Below, in pieces: positions 49,188 to 58,059 of a DNA stretch of 64,000 nucleotides (its first letter is position 1; every line of letters starts with the position of its first letter). Position numbers and translations under genes: made by a program. The notes beneath the pieces are model-generated. The model was not told the DNA's origin. It saw only the letters and a program-made list of their open reading frames with translations, and made no database searches. Origin of the DNA: a virus. Taxonomy: Duplodnaviria > Heunggongvirae > Uroviricota > Caudoviricetes. The stretch is from IMG/VR virus record IMGVR_UViG_3300013426_000020. One strand, written 5' to 3'.

Positions 49188-49284
49188 ACTGATATGGGTC
49201 TAATGGAATAAGACCACGAGACGGATGCATACGTCTATGTCTCTATATGAGACCGGGATACAGGTTCGAGTCCTGTTGTCAGTC
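49188..49284 (+). tRNA. tRNA-like gene with non-canonical (8-nt) anticodon loop and long variable arm; identity unresolved
   Basis: Acceptor actgata/tgtcagt (one U-G), U8, D-stem ggtc/gacc, anticodon stem agacg/cgtct with loop gatgcata, variable stem gtctc/gagac, T-arm acagg-TTCGAGT-cctgt. T-run downstream. Confidence 0.4.
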
Positions 49285-49461
49285 CTATACGTTCATAATC
49301 AGTTTTTTTTGACGGGACGGAAATGTTCCGCAATGGAATGAAGTCCGTCCCTTTATGTTGAAAATATCTTTTATTCATTAAATATTAATATTATAATTTG
49401 ACATTGTCTCCCGTATGTTGTGAAATATGTGGGAGATTTTTTATATAAAAATATGAAAAAA

Positions 49462-49493
49462 TTTGCATATATGAAATGATTGGTGTATCTTTG
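49462..49493 (+). promoter_or_regulatory. class A promoter
   Basis: TTTG at 49462, 20 nt, TATCTTTG at 49486. Confidence 0.45.
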
Positions 49494-49522
49494 TGATACA
49501 AAACAAATAAACAAACAAGGTT

Positions 49523-50131
49523 ATGAAAAAGATTATCATTCCTATGATGATTATTATGTCATCATGTTCAGTGCAGAGAACATTCACATCTACAATAAGA
49601 TGCACAGGAGATATTGTGTGGATGAACGATTCCGGAGATGAAGTGATGAGATGGGAGAATTCTGTGATTGACAGTACTGTGTTGCAGACATATGATTTTT
49701 ATGATGGTTCAAGGACAAGCAAAGTCATAAAGAATTCTTTGGATAGAAATGATGGTGAGTTTGTCAAATTCACATCTGGAGGGAAGACAATGATGATTTC
49801 CGGAGGTATGATATTGATAAGCAATATAAGATCAGAAAGTACTGAAATGAATATGCAGAAACAATCTATTTATAAGGAAATAGATGATTTTGTTTATGAA
49901 CAGACAGGAATAAGATATGTGGATACATCCTATGATTATGCATTGATAGATATATATGTGCTTGCGGGAAAGAAACTGAATATAGTGGAGTTCATCAAAG
50001 AGTTTGAAAAAAGGTTTGATATAGTCACACGGTACAGACATGTCCCACAGATGACTTCAACCATATATGATCTTTATGATATTGTAATCTGGTGTAAGTT
50101 GTTTCCAGAGACGGAAACATACGAAAAATGA
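49523..50131 (+). CDS. secreted/lipoprotein
   Basis: MKKIIIPMMIIMSSCS signal plus Cys. Confidence 0.5.
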   Translation: MKKIIIPMMIIMSSCSVQRTFTSTIRCTGDIVWMNDSGDEVMRWENSVIDSTVLQTYDFYDGSRTSKVIKNSLDRNDGEFVKFTSGGKTMMISGGMILISNIRSESTEMNMQKQSIYKEIDDFVYEQTGIRYVDTSYDYALIDIYVLAGKKLNIVEFIKEFEKRFDIVTRYRHVPQMTSTIYDLYDIVIWCKLFPETETYEK

Positions 50132-50336
50132 TCAAAAGGTGTTTATTTTCCACATCCATTGAAAAATTCTGTATACAGATCTTTCAAAACTTATGATCCA
50201 TTTTACTCTTTTTTGACATTTCAAGAGTTTTTTGTTATCTTTATATAAAACATATACATTATACATTATTATAATCATCAAGTCTGGTCAGTCGTGAGAT
50301 TCATCAGACTTTTTATAAAAAAATCAAAAAAAAAAG

Positions 50337-50368
50337 ATTTGGATATTTCATTTTTTATCCTTATCTTT
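50337..50368 (+). promoter_or_regulatory. class A promoter ('ggata...tttttatcc' subfamily)
   Basis: TTTG at 50337, 20 nt, TATCTTTG at 50361. Confidence 0.5.
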
Positions 50369-50412
50369 GTATCAACAAAAGAAACAAGATAAACATATAA
50401 AAACAAAAGATT

Positions 50413-50667
50413 ATGAAGACAAGAAAGATTGACATCGATGAACTCAAGGAACTTCTCAAGAATGGAGAGGTCAAGTTCGAGTATCTCAAAAAGGACGGCA
50501 CGGTCCGCACCGCAAGGGGAACAATGAAGTCTGACATCATCACACCGAGACTGAAAGGAGGAAAATCCACTGTGGGTGATTCCGGATACACGGTCTATTA
50601 TGACCTTGACAAGGATGCTTTCCGTTGTTTCGCAGAATCTAGACTTGTGGGTGTGGTTGAGGAATAA
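50413..50667 (+). CDS. hypothetical protein
   Basis: 84-aa ORF. Confidence 0.5.
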   Translation: MKTRKIDIDELKELLKNGEVKFEYLKKDGTVRTARGTMKSDIITPRLKGGKSTVGDSGYTVYYDLDKDAFRCFAESRLVGVVEE

Positions 50668-50696
50668 GTAAAACAAGGAAACTATGAATCTTCTTC

Positions 50697-50945
50697 ATGG
50701 TTTCCATAAATGAAATCAATATGAAAGTTTGTGAACTCATAGACAAGTTGCGGGAATTCAATCCTACAGCTGAAGTATTTGTCCGTGCGGACGACAGACG
50801 TATCTTGGTGTCCGGAATATATTCATGGTCATCTGCTCCCGGGGATAACCCTAGGGACTATAATATGGCAAAATCAAAGATGCACACACCGAGAGTCACC
50901 CTTGAAACGGACGGAAACGATTATGAAGTCATATGCAATGACTGA
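50697..50945 (+). CDS. hypothetical protein
   Basis: 82-aa ORF. Confidence 0.45.
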   Translation: MVSINEINMKVCELIDKLREFNPTAEVFVRADDRRILVSGIYSWSSAPGDNPRDYNMAKSKMHTPRVTLETDGNDYEVICND

Positions 50946-51144
50946 AAATTATACAAAAGGTAGAATTTTTCATCTTCAAGTCAGTGAACTGACTTTGACT
51001 GAAATTATACAAAAAGGAGTATTTTTTCTTTGACTGAAATTTTTTCTGTACACTTTTTCAAAACATCAAGAAAAAATTATACAAAAAGGAGTATTTTGAC
51101 ATTTTTGACATTCAACTGAAAATTATTCAAAAGGTAGAATTTTT
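50941..51144. repeat. array of four ~26-nt direct repeats AAATTATACAAAARGKAGWATTTT (iteron-like)
   Basis: Copies at about 50945, 51001, 51074 and 51119; in addition tttgactgaaatt occurs twice. Confidence 0.5.
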
Positions 51145-51242
51145 TATTTTTAAATATCATTTGGGTCTATTATTTTTTGTTCCGGGTTCTGTTGTGAAAC
51201 AAAATCCGGAAAACTTTTTTTTTCAAATTTTCTTCAAATAAA

Positions 51243-51274
51243 TTTGCATATATGAAATAAAAGCTGTATCTTTG
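51243..51274 (+). promoter_or_regulatory. class A promoter
   Basis: TTTG at 51243, 20 nt, TATCTTTG at 51267, plus the canonical leader. Confidence 0.5.
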
Positions 51275-51300
51275 TATCAACAAATAAAAACAAAGACATT

Positions 51301-51543
51301 ATGAACATCATCACAACATTATTCAATTACTTCATTTTCTTCTTCATAGGAATAGTGGCGACCTGCATATTCGTCCAGACAAACAAGGAACTCTGGGACG
51401 AGGTGGGAAAGGAAGCGACACATGACCTTATAGTAAAGATGAGGGAACTGACGGTCAAGTCATTGGACGTAATCGTCTCGTTGCTCAGCAAGGCAAGATT
51501 GACATTGTGGAAGACAAGGAACAGACTTTCAAGGGAAATCTAA
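51301..51543 (+). CDS. small membrane protein
   Basis: 80 aa with an N-terminal transmembrane segment. Confidence 0.45.
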   Translation: MNIITTLFNYFIFFFIGIVATCIFVQTNKELWDEVGKEATHDLIVKMRELTVKSLDVIVSLLSKARLTLWKTRNRLSREI

Positions 51544-51989
51544 TATAATCTAATATAATTCTTAAATATTTTTCTTTTCAACAGGGAACAGATGTGATAT
51601 CTCTTCCCTGTCTTTTTATGTATTCGTCTCCACAGTTCGCTTCCGTCTCGTCAATTAGTATCTCATATAGGAAGACCGATGGACAGACAGGGAAGGAAAC
51701 TTGAGGATCCTGGTCACCATGGTCTGATCCTGGAGGAAGACATTTACCGGTCCAGTTATCCTGTTGAGACACAGCAGGTTGAGTCATGAATGTCAGGTCA
51801 GGAGATGGGATATTGACAGAACCATGGACACATGCAGTCATGATCATGTACACTGTGTATACTGTATACATGATTATTGGACATAACTGGACAGAGATGA
51901 CTGATGACAATGCGCATTTTTCTCCGCGAGATGAAACCTTTCATAGAAAAAACTTTGACAAGTTTATGATGAATCATATTGATATGGGG

Positions 51990-52520
51990 AGATGTAATGG
52001 AGATCTGTGAAATTTTACTGGAAAATTTTACTGGAAAAACTGTAAGATGCTGAAAAAACAGTAAAATATTGGGAATTTCTTTATATTGAAAAGAAGGAAT
52101 ATGGAAAATATGGACAAAATTCATATATGAAGAAAATGCAGAAATATAAAAAAATTGTGAAAACTGAAAAAACAGGAGAATAGGTATTTTTCCTGCGGAG
52201 ACGGAAAATGGAGAAAATGACGGAAAATGGAGATATGAGAAATATGGAAAATATGGATATATGACAAAATGCAGCATGATCAGGAAATGGGAAAATGGAG
52301 ATATATGGGGAACTGGTTGAAAATGTGCCGATTCTGGAAATAGGGAAATTTCTGCATTTGGGAAAATTGGAAAATAAGCAAATTTGGTCATTTTGGAGAA
52401 AATGGTGAATTTTGGTCTATTTTGACCTATTTTGGCATTTTTGGAGAAAATGGTGAATTTTGGCAAATTTGGTGATTTTGGGAATGTGGTGGAAATTGCA
52501 CAAATTATGAACACATGTTT
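51990..52520. repeat. degenerate GGAAAAT / TTTTGG short-period repeat region
   Basis: Many ggaaaat(g/a) units. Exact 23-nt direct repeat ttggagaaaatggtgaattttgg at about 52393 and 52441. No credible ORF. Confidence 0.5.
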
Positions 52521-53003
52521 GATCTTGCTCACATTTTTGCGGATTCCCCGGGACTTGTGCCGGACGGAGTGATTTTCATACAAAATACGGTTCATATATA
52601 TTCATAACCATTATATTCAGTCATAAGACTTGTGTATCAATAACTTATATATAACTTATTGATTGTCTTGAACTATATGTTTATATGATTTTGATAAAAT
52701 ATGTCTCGGATGTCGGGAATATGTCAATAGGTCTGTCATATATTCATACTTTCCTGCTCCTTATGGGCACAGAAGGACGGTCTTGGACAATGACTATCAA
52801 TCCATATTGTAAGAAGTGATATGCATTGAAGAAATAGGAATCCGGACAATATGCCGGTATGTCGGAATGTATGACAAGTGTATCATTTAATACATCTGCA
52901 AGATGTTATTTAACATTCATTTGGTTAAACAATATTGGTAGATGGTTATATTATGCAAACAGCCTTGTATAAGCATAAATAAATTCATAAACATTCATTC
53001 ATA

Positions 53004-53501
53004 ATGAGAAAATTAAGCAAGATAACGGAAGGAATTCTCGGTGATATTGCAAGGAGGGATTTGTCGGGAAAGACCAAAATAGAAGACAATGTAAATAATA
53101 TGTCGTTCGAAGACCTCTATTATTATATACTTGATCACTATGAGGTGAAGAACAACCAGTTTGAAATTACTCTTTCAAAAAGACATATTGATGATGTGCA
53201 ATATATTGTTTTTCCTGTCATAAAATTCCGGATGAAGGATATCACCGGCAAAAACAATAAGGAGTCATATATGCAGATGACTCTTGTGGATGAGAAACAT
53301 TTTGTAAGCATAAATAATGATATCCTTTCGTATTGTCCAGACTTTGAAGTGAAGATGGGAAACGGTTATGAATGTGATAATGGGGTAATTGCGATTAAGA
53401 TTCATCCGAAAAACAATAAACTGGACAACAGAACAAGACTTGAACTGATGGACAAGGTCATAGAAGTTCTGGGAGACGACTGCATATTGAAGAAGAAGTA
53501 G
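53004..53501 (+). CDS. hypothetical protein, 'GILGDIARRDLSG' family member 2
   Basis: N-terminus MRKLSKITEGILGDIARRDLSGKTK. Confidence 0.5.
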   Translation: MRKLSKITEGILGDIARRDLSGKTKIEDNVNNMSFEDLYYYILDHYEVKNNQFEITLSKRHIDDVQYIVFPVIKFRMKDITGKNNKESYMQMTLVDEKHFVSINNDILSYCPDFEVKMGNGYECDNGVIAIKIHPKNNKLDNRTRLELMDKVIEVLGDDCILKKK

Positions 53502-53503
53502 TT

Positions 53504-54067
53504 ATGGGGATACTGGGAGACATAGCAAGAAGAGACTTGTCAGGAGGAAAGGCAAAGGAAAGGATATTGCATCCTGAAAATATGAATGAGTTGAGAGAGA
53601 TCATAAGGGGTGAGATAGAGAAACAGGGCAAAAATGTTGATTTGAGACATGTGGTGATTCCTCAAGGATTGAATAAGATGGACTATCTGTTTTTGAACCA
53701 GCATACAGTGGAATCTCTTGATCTTACCGGATGGGATATGACAGATGTAAGGACATTCACAGGAATGTTTGACGGATGCACAAACTTGAAGTCTATAAGG
53801 GGTATTGAAGACTGGAATGTGAATGATGCATATAATTTCTATGAAATGTTTAATGAATGCAGGAGTCTTGAGACGATTGACTTGTCTGGATGGAAGATAG
53901 ACTTTGAACATCCATTTCTGGTTGTTGATGGGATGTTCGCCGGATGCAGGAACCTGAAACTGATAAAGGGGATGATTCACTGGATTCTGTCACAGAAGGA
54001 ATTGCAGGAAATCGGAAGAGGATGTCCCGGGATTCATAGAACTTCGGGAGAGGTCAAATATAAATAA
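53504..54067 (+). CDS. hypothetical protein, 'GILGDIARRDLSG' family member 3
   Basis: N-terminus MGILGDIARRDLSGGKAKE. Confidence 0.5.
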   Translation: MGILGDIARRDLSGGKAKERILHPENMNELREIIRGEIEKQGKNVDLRHVVIPQGLNKMDYLFLNQHTVESLDLTGWDMTDVRTFTGMFDGCTNLKSIRGIEDWNVNDAYNFYEMFNECRSLETIDLSGWKIDFEHPFLVVDGMFAGCRNLKLIKGMIHWILSQKELQEIGRGCPGIHRTSGEVKYK

Positions 54068-54155
54068 ATTAGAGATTGAAATCGAGAAATATTATATGTG
54101 ATGAACATCGAGAGATACATCTTCTCGATGTTTGTTATTTTTATATAAAAAGTTT

Positions 54156-54584
54156 ATGGACAGATATTTCAAGGTGGATGCGGGAGTGAGATACTGGGAG
54201 GATGGGGTTATAAATGGCAAGGAAGACGATAATGCACATCCAGAAATGCCCTTTGTTGAATTGAGAGATGATGAATACAGGTGGAGACCGGTGATTGATC
54301 TCAAAACCGGTCATATAGTGAACTGGCCTGATGGATTAAGGACACACATTCATTACAAGGTATGTGATGACGGTATTTATTCTCTTCTTGATGAAAATAT
54401 GAAGATGATATGTTCATATGAATGCTATGTCCCTAAAATACTTGCATTCAATGACAGTGTATATTATGAATTTGGAGACTATATAGTGTTTGATGTAGAC
54501 GAGACTGGTCATATAGTGAATTGGCCTAATGATGAGATTGTTCAGGAACTTATTGATGATTTTAAGAAAACAAAGGGGTTTTGA
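54156..54584 (+). CDS. hypothetical protein
   Basis: Internal ATG of ORF 54132..54584. A terminator hairpin and a TTTGTTATTTTTAT motif lie upstream. Confidence 0.45.
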   Translation: MDRYFKVDAGVRYWEDGVINGKEDDNAHPEMPFVELRDDEYRWRPVIDLKTGHIVNWPDGLRTHIHYKVCDDGIYSLLDENMKMICSYECYVPKILAFNDSVYYEFGDYIVFDVDETGHIVNWPNDEIVQELIDDFKKTKGF

Positions 54585-54588
54585 AAAT

Positions 54589-54963
54589 ATGGTTTATAAA
54601 ATTTATTACAGAAAAAAAGATGATGTAAGACCAAGAAGAGTATTGTTCGACATTGAAATATATCTGGTGCAGGATGATCATAGATCAGACAAATGGTATA
54701 CAGAACTTCATTCATCATCATTTGTGTCAGGCGTGACGGCATACCTTTTTGATAAGTTCAATGAAGGGGGTTTTGATATTTCACAATTCAATATGGATTG
54801 TGAGGACATCGAGGAATTGAGAGGATGGATATGGGAAGTCTGCGACAACAGGCCCATAATCAAAGATAGTGCAAGGTCAAGAATGGAGATTGAGACAGAA
54901 GAGATTGATCAAAGAATCAGAACATTTGCTGACAAATATGGACTTGAAATAAGCACCGACTGA
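54589..54963 (+). CDS. hypothetical protein
   Basis: Internal ATG of ORF 54529..54963. Confidence 0.45.
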   Translation: MVYKIYYRKKDDVRPRRVLFDIEIYLVQDDHRSDKWYTELHSSSFVSGVTAYLFDKFNEGGFDISQFNMDCEDIEELRGWIWEVCDNRPIIKDSARSRMEIETEEIDQRIRTFADKYGLEISTD

Positions 54964-54995
54964 TTATTTGTTATCTTTTTTATAAAAGTTTCATT

Positions 54996-55238
54996 ATGAA
55001 GTGGTTTCTTGACAATTTGGTTTATTTTGTGTGGGTGGGTATATTTCTGCTTTTGACAGGAATCTTCATTGACAGTGCATTTCTTTTTCTTACAGGTTTT
55101 ATAGGGTTCTATCTCGGTGTGATATTTGAGGAATTTCCTTATCTGTTCAGGAACGGAAAAAATGAAAATAAAACATTAATTGACATACATATACATACAA
55201 TAAGACATGAAAAGAATTTTGACATACGGAACATTTGA
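54996..55238 (+). CDS. small membrane protein (overlaps tagD start by 32 nt; uncertain)
   Basis: 80 aa with two transmembrane segments. Confidence 0.35.
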   Translation: MKWFLDNLVYFVWVGIFLLLTGIFIDSAFLFLTGFIGFYLGVIFEEFPYLFRNGKNENKTLIDIHIHTIRHEKNFDIRNI

Positions 55239-55614
55239 TCTCCTTCACCCCGGACATATAAATATATTAAGAAAAGCTCGAGAAATGTGTGATGAACTAT
55301 TTGTGGGAGTTTCTACAGATGAATTTTGTATTCAAAAGGGTAAAAGGACAATCCTGAATTATGAACAGAGAAAAAATGTGGTTGAGTCCATAAGGTATGT
55401 GGATTTTGTATTTCCAGAAATGTCTCTGATTGATGACAAGATTTTGGATGGTCTGAACTATGATGCAAATATGTTTGTCTGGGGCAATGACTGGGAAGGT
55501 ACATTTGACTTCTTGAATGATTATGGATTTGAGGTCAAATATTTACCGAGAACCCCCGGGATATCTACTACAGAGATAAAGAACAATATATACAATATAA
55601 AAGATATAGAATAA
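55207..55614 (+). CDS. tagD: glycerol-3-phosphate cytidylyltransferase (TagD-like)
   Basis: TYGTFDLLHPGH (HxGH), VSTDEF, RYVDFVFPE, GNDWEGTFDFLND, YLPRTPGISTTEIK; collinear with B. subtilis TagD. Confidence 0.85.
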   Translation: MKRILTYGTFDLLHPGHINILRKAREMCDELFVGVSTDEFCIQKGKRTILNYEQRKNVVESIRYVDFVFPEMSLIDDKILDGLNYDANMFVWGNDWEGTFDFLNDYGFEVKYLPRTPGISTTEIKNNIYNIKDIE

Positions 55615-55615
55615 T

Positions 55616-56773
55616 ATGGTTGAATTGAAAAATATAAGTCTTCCTGACAATTTCTTTGAAGCAGAGAATAGAAATGATTTTTTAATAGACAGGAAAAAAA
55701 AAGAAGTTTGGGCGGTGCAGTTGGATATTCTTGACTTCTTGAAAAAAATATGTGAGAAATATGATATCGAATGGTTTATCTATGCTGGATCATTACTTGG
55801 ATGTGTAAGAGATGGTATGATAATCCCATGGGATGATGATATTGATGTGTGTATGATCAGAAAAAACTATGACAAGTTTACTGATATTCTGAAGAAAGAG
55901 ATAAAACCCCCGTTTGCTATGGCAGACAAAAGACATGGAAAGTTTTTGAGGATTGTCAGAGAAGACACTATGATGTATTCATCCACATGTATATATGATG
56001 GTATTAAAGGGGGTATATTCATTGATGTGTTTCCACTCGACAATATTCCTGATGACAAGGATGAAAGAAAAGATTATATTGACTCAATATTGAAATATAA
56101 GGGGTCTTATACACCTGATGAGTTTGATGAAATCATGAGAAAATATGATGAAGAGAATACTGATGAACTTATGGATTCTGCAATGATAAGTAAAAATCAT
56201 ATTGATGATATGGTCTACGAAAGGGAGTGGTTTAATGATATGAAGGTGATGAACCTGTCCGGACTTGATGTGAATGTACCTATAGGTTATGAAAAAATAC
56301 TTGAAAAAAAATATGGGATGGATTGGATGACACCCCAGATGAAGAAATCATTTCATGGAAATCAATTCTATGATACAGAAAATTCATACAAGTGTTATTA
56401 TAAGATACCAGATTATGGCAATATTATATTGGTCGATAAGTTTGTGGAGATGATACGAAATGTAAATTCAGTTGTGTATACAGGAAAATTGTTCAAAGAT
56501 TCTGGAAATATTATAATTCCTATGAGTTGTCATTTTGATGACATTAATACATGGCTTTCTAAACTTCCTGAACCATATTCAAAGTTCTTAAATGTCTATT
56601 ATAAAGGAAATAATGAATATGAATATGACATAATGAATAAGAATGGAGACATACTAAAAAAATCCACAAAGGTTCAGGATAAATGTCTTGTTGAATATGA
56701 TGCAATAAATGATGCACTGAATCTTATATTGTCTGATTTTCTTGAAAAAGGAAATATTGACACAGACAATTAG
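55616..56773 (+). CDS. LicD-family phosphotransferase (fukutin-like)
   Basis: YAGSLLGCVRDGMIIPWDDDIDVCM, the LicD signature. Confidence 0.6.
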   Translation: MVELKNISLPDNFFEAENRNDFLIDRKKKEVWAVQLDILDFLKKICEKYDIEWFIYAGSLLGCVRDGMIIPWDDDIDVCMIRKNYDKFTDILKKEIKPPFAMADKRHGKFLRIVREDTMMYSSTCIYDGIKGGIFIDVFPLDNIPDDKDERKDYIDSILKYKGSYTPDEFDEIMRKYDEENTDELMDSAMISKNHIDDMVYEREWFNDMKVMNLSGLDVNVPIGYEKILEKKYGMDWMTPQMKKSFHGNQFYDTENSYKCYYKIPDYGNIILVDKFVEMIRNVNSVVYTGKLFKDSGNIIIPMSCHFDDINTWLSKLPEPYSKFLNVYYKGNNEYEYDIMNKNGDILKKSTKVQDKCLVEYDAINDALNLILSDFLEKGNIDTDN

Positions 56774-56808
56774 GATAGGAAAATGAATAATTTTTTTATT
56801 TGTGATTT

Positions 56809-57159
56809 ATGAAAGATGATAATGTTTATTTGAAGAATGACAATGGAAGATATATACCTTATGGGGTATGTTATCAACCTGAATATCTTCCTGATGGTAT
56901 TTGGTATGTGAGACATACTGATTATGGAAAATCCACAACTTCTGTGAAATATCTTGAAGGTCTTTATAAGATGGGAGATGCAAAGTCCATTGATTTGACT
57001 GAACTCTGTGGAATGGAAGACTTGTGTGATTATATAACCAGATCAAAAGAATTCAAGGAACTTATGAATTCAAAGACTGGATTTTCACCTAATGATATTG
57101 TTCATATCTGTGTGAAGAAACTTGTTGAGAAGGTACAGGATGAAAAAGTTGAGAAATAG
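56809..57159 (+). CDS. hypothetical protein
   Basis: 116-aa ORF. Confidence 0.5.
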   Translation: MKDDNVYLKNDNGRYIPYGVCYQPEYLPDGIWYVRHTDYGKSTTSVKYLEGLYKMGDAKSIDLTELCGMEDLCDYITRSKEFKELMNSKTGFSPNDIVHICVKKLVEKVQDEKVEK

Positions 57160-57197
57160 TTCTCAACTTTTGTTATTTTTATTTCAAATCAACAATT

Positions 57198-57812
57198 ATG
57201 AAAGATTATATTGATTATATTAAGGATGCTCAAAATAAACAAAGTGAATGGTATTATAATCAAAAGAATGAATGGTGGAAAGATGAATGTCTTAAAGAAA
57301 AAATGGACATAAAGGGAGACTATCTTGAAACTGTTAAACTCAAATCAAATGATGAAAGGAATGATGTGTCCTTATTCACAAACCATACAAATGTGAAGAA
57401 CAGTGAGTGGTGTGTTCTTTTTTATGCACTTGGTCAACATCTTATTGACTGGTGCATATCCCATAAGAAGAATGTTTATAGTTGTCTGGTGAAGATAAAC
57501 AGGACTATGGATGGTCTTGATGATGTGTATGACATCAATGTTTCTGTAACTGCCAGAGATATGGATGATGTTATATTTGAGTGGAAACATATTGATGATC
57601 CTGAATTCAATCTTTATGGAGAAGAAGTATGTGATATGTTTGACAGGTTCATAACTGCACATAAGAATGATATTCCGATTGACTGGAATTATTTTGCTTT
57701 CAGTCTTGATTGCCTTGATGACAGTTGTGAATACGGGGCTGCATCGGATGGATGCATGATGTTGGGAAATATTGAAGGAACAGAATATGATGAATATGTT
57801 TATTGCATGTAG
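57198..57812 (+). CDS. hypothetical protein
   Basis: 204-aa ORF. Confidence 0.5.
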   Translation: MKDYIDYIKDAQNKQSEWYYNQKNEWWKDECLKEKMDIKGDYLETVKLKSNDERNDVSLFTNHTNVKNSEWCVLFYALGQHLIDWCISHKKNVYSCLVKINRTMDGLDDVYDINVSVTARDMDDVIFEWKHIDDPEFNLYGEEVCDMFDRFITAHKNDIPIDWNYFAFSLDCLDDSCEYGAASDGCMMLGNIEGTEYDEYVYCM

Positions 57813-58007
57813 TTATAAATATAGTATATAAAAATTTGAAATCATATGTCTCCTGAAAACCTTTGTCTCAAATGTCACAAGTGTAAGAAATTTGAAGAAA
57901 ACCTGTGTGATGACTTCACTGTTCTTGATTGTCTTGATTCTGATCTTGATGTCAATTTTGTGGAAAATGAAAAAATGGATAAATAATCCATTTTTTTTTT
58001 GATTTTG

Positions 58008-58039
58008 TTTGGAAATTTGAAATTTTGTTGTTATCTTTG
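58008..58039 (+). promoter_or_regulatory. class A promoter
   Basis: TTTG at 58008, 20 nt, TATCTTTG at 58032. Confidence 0.45.
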
Positions 58040-58059
58040 CAGAAATAAAAATAAAGGTC

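Noticed and set aside
37947-50676. Minus-strand ORFs sharing the peptide FLFLDTKIRIK(I/N)E(L/I)SKS(L/F) (37947-38219, 38224-38601, 38866-39132, 41189-41392, 45586-45822, 50278-50676)
   Set aside because: They are reverse-strand translations of the repeated class A promoter/leader cassette. The shared peptide is an artefact of the DNA repeat, and each overlaps better-supported + strand genes.
51798-52595. 265-aa minus-strand ORF
   Set aside because: Low-complexity (F/S/P/I-rich) translation of the GGAAAAT microrepeat region. No start context or motifs.
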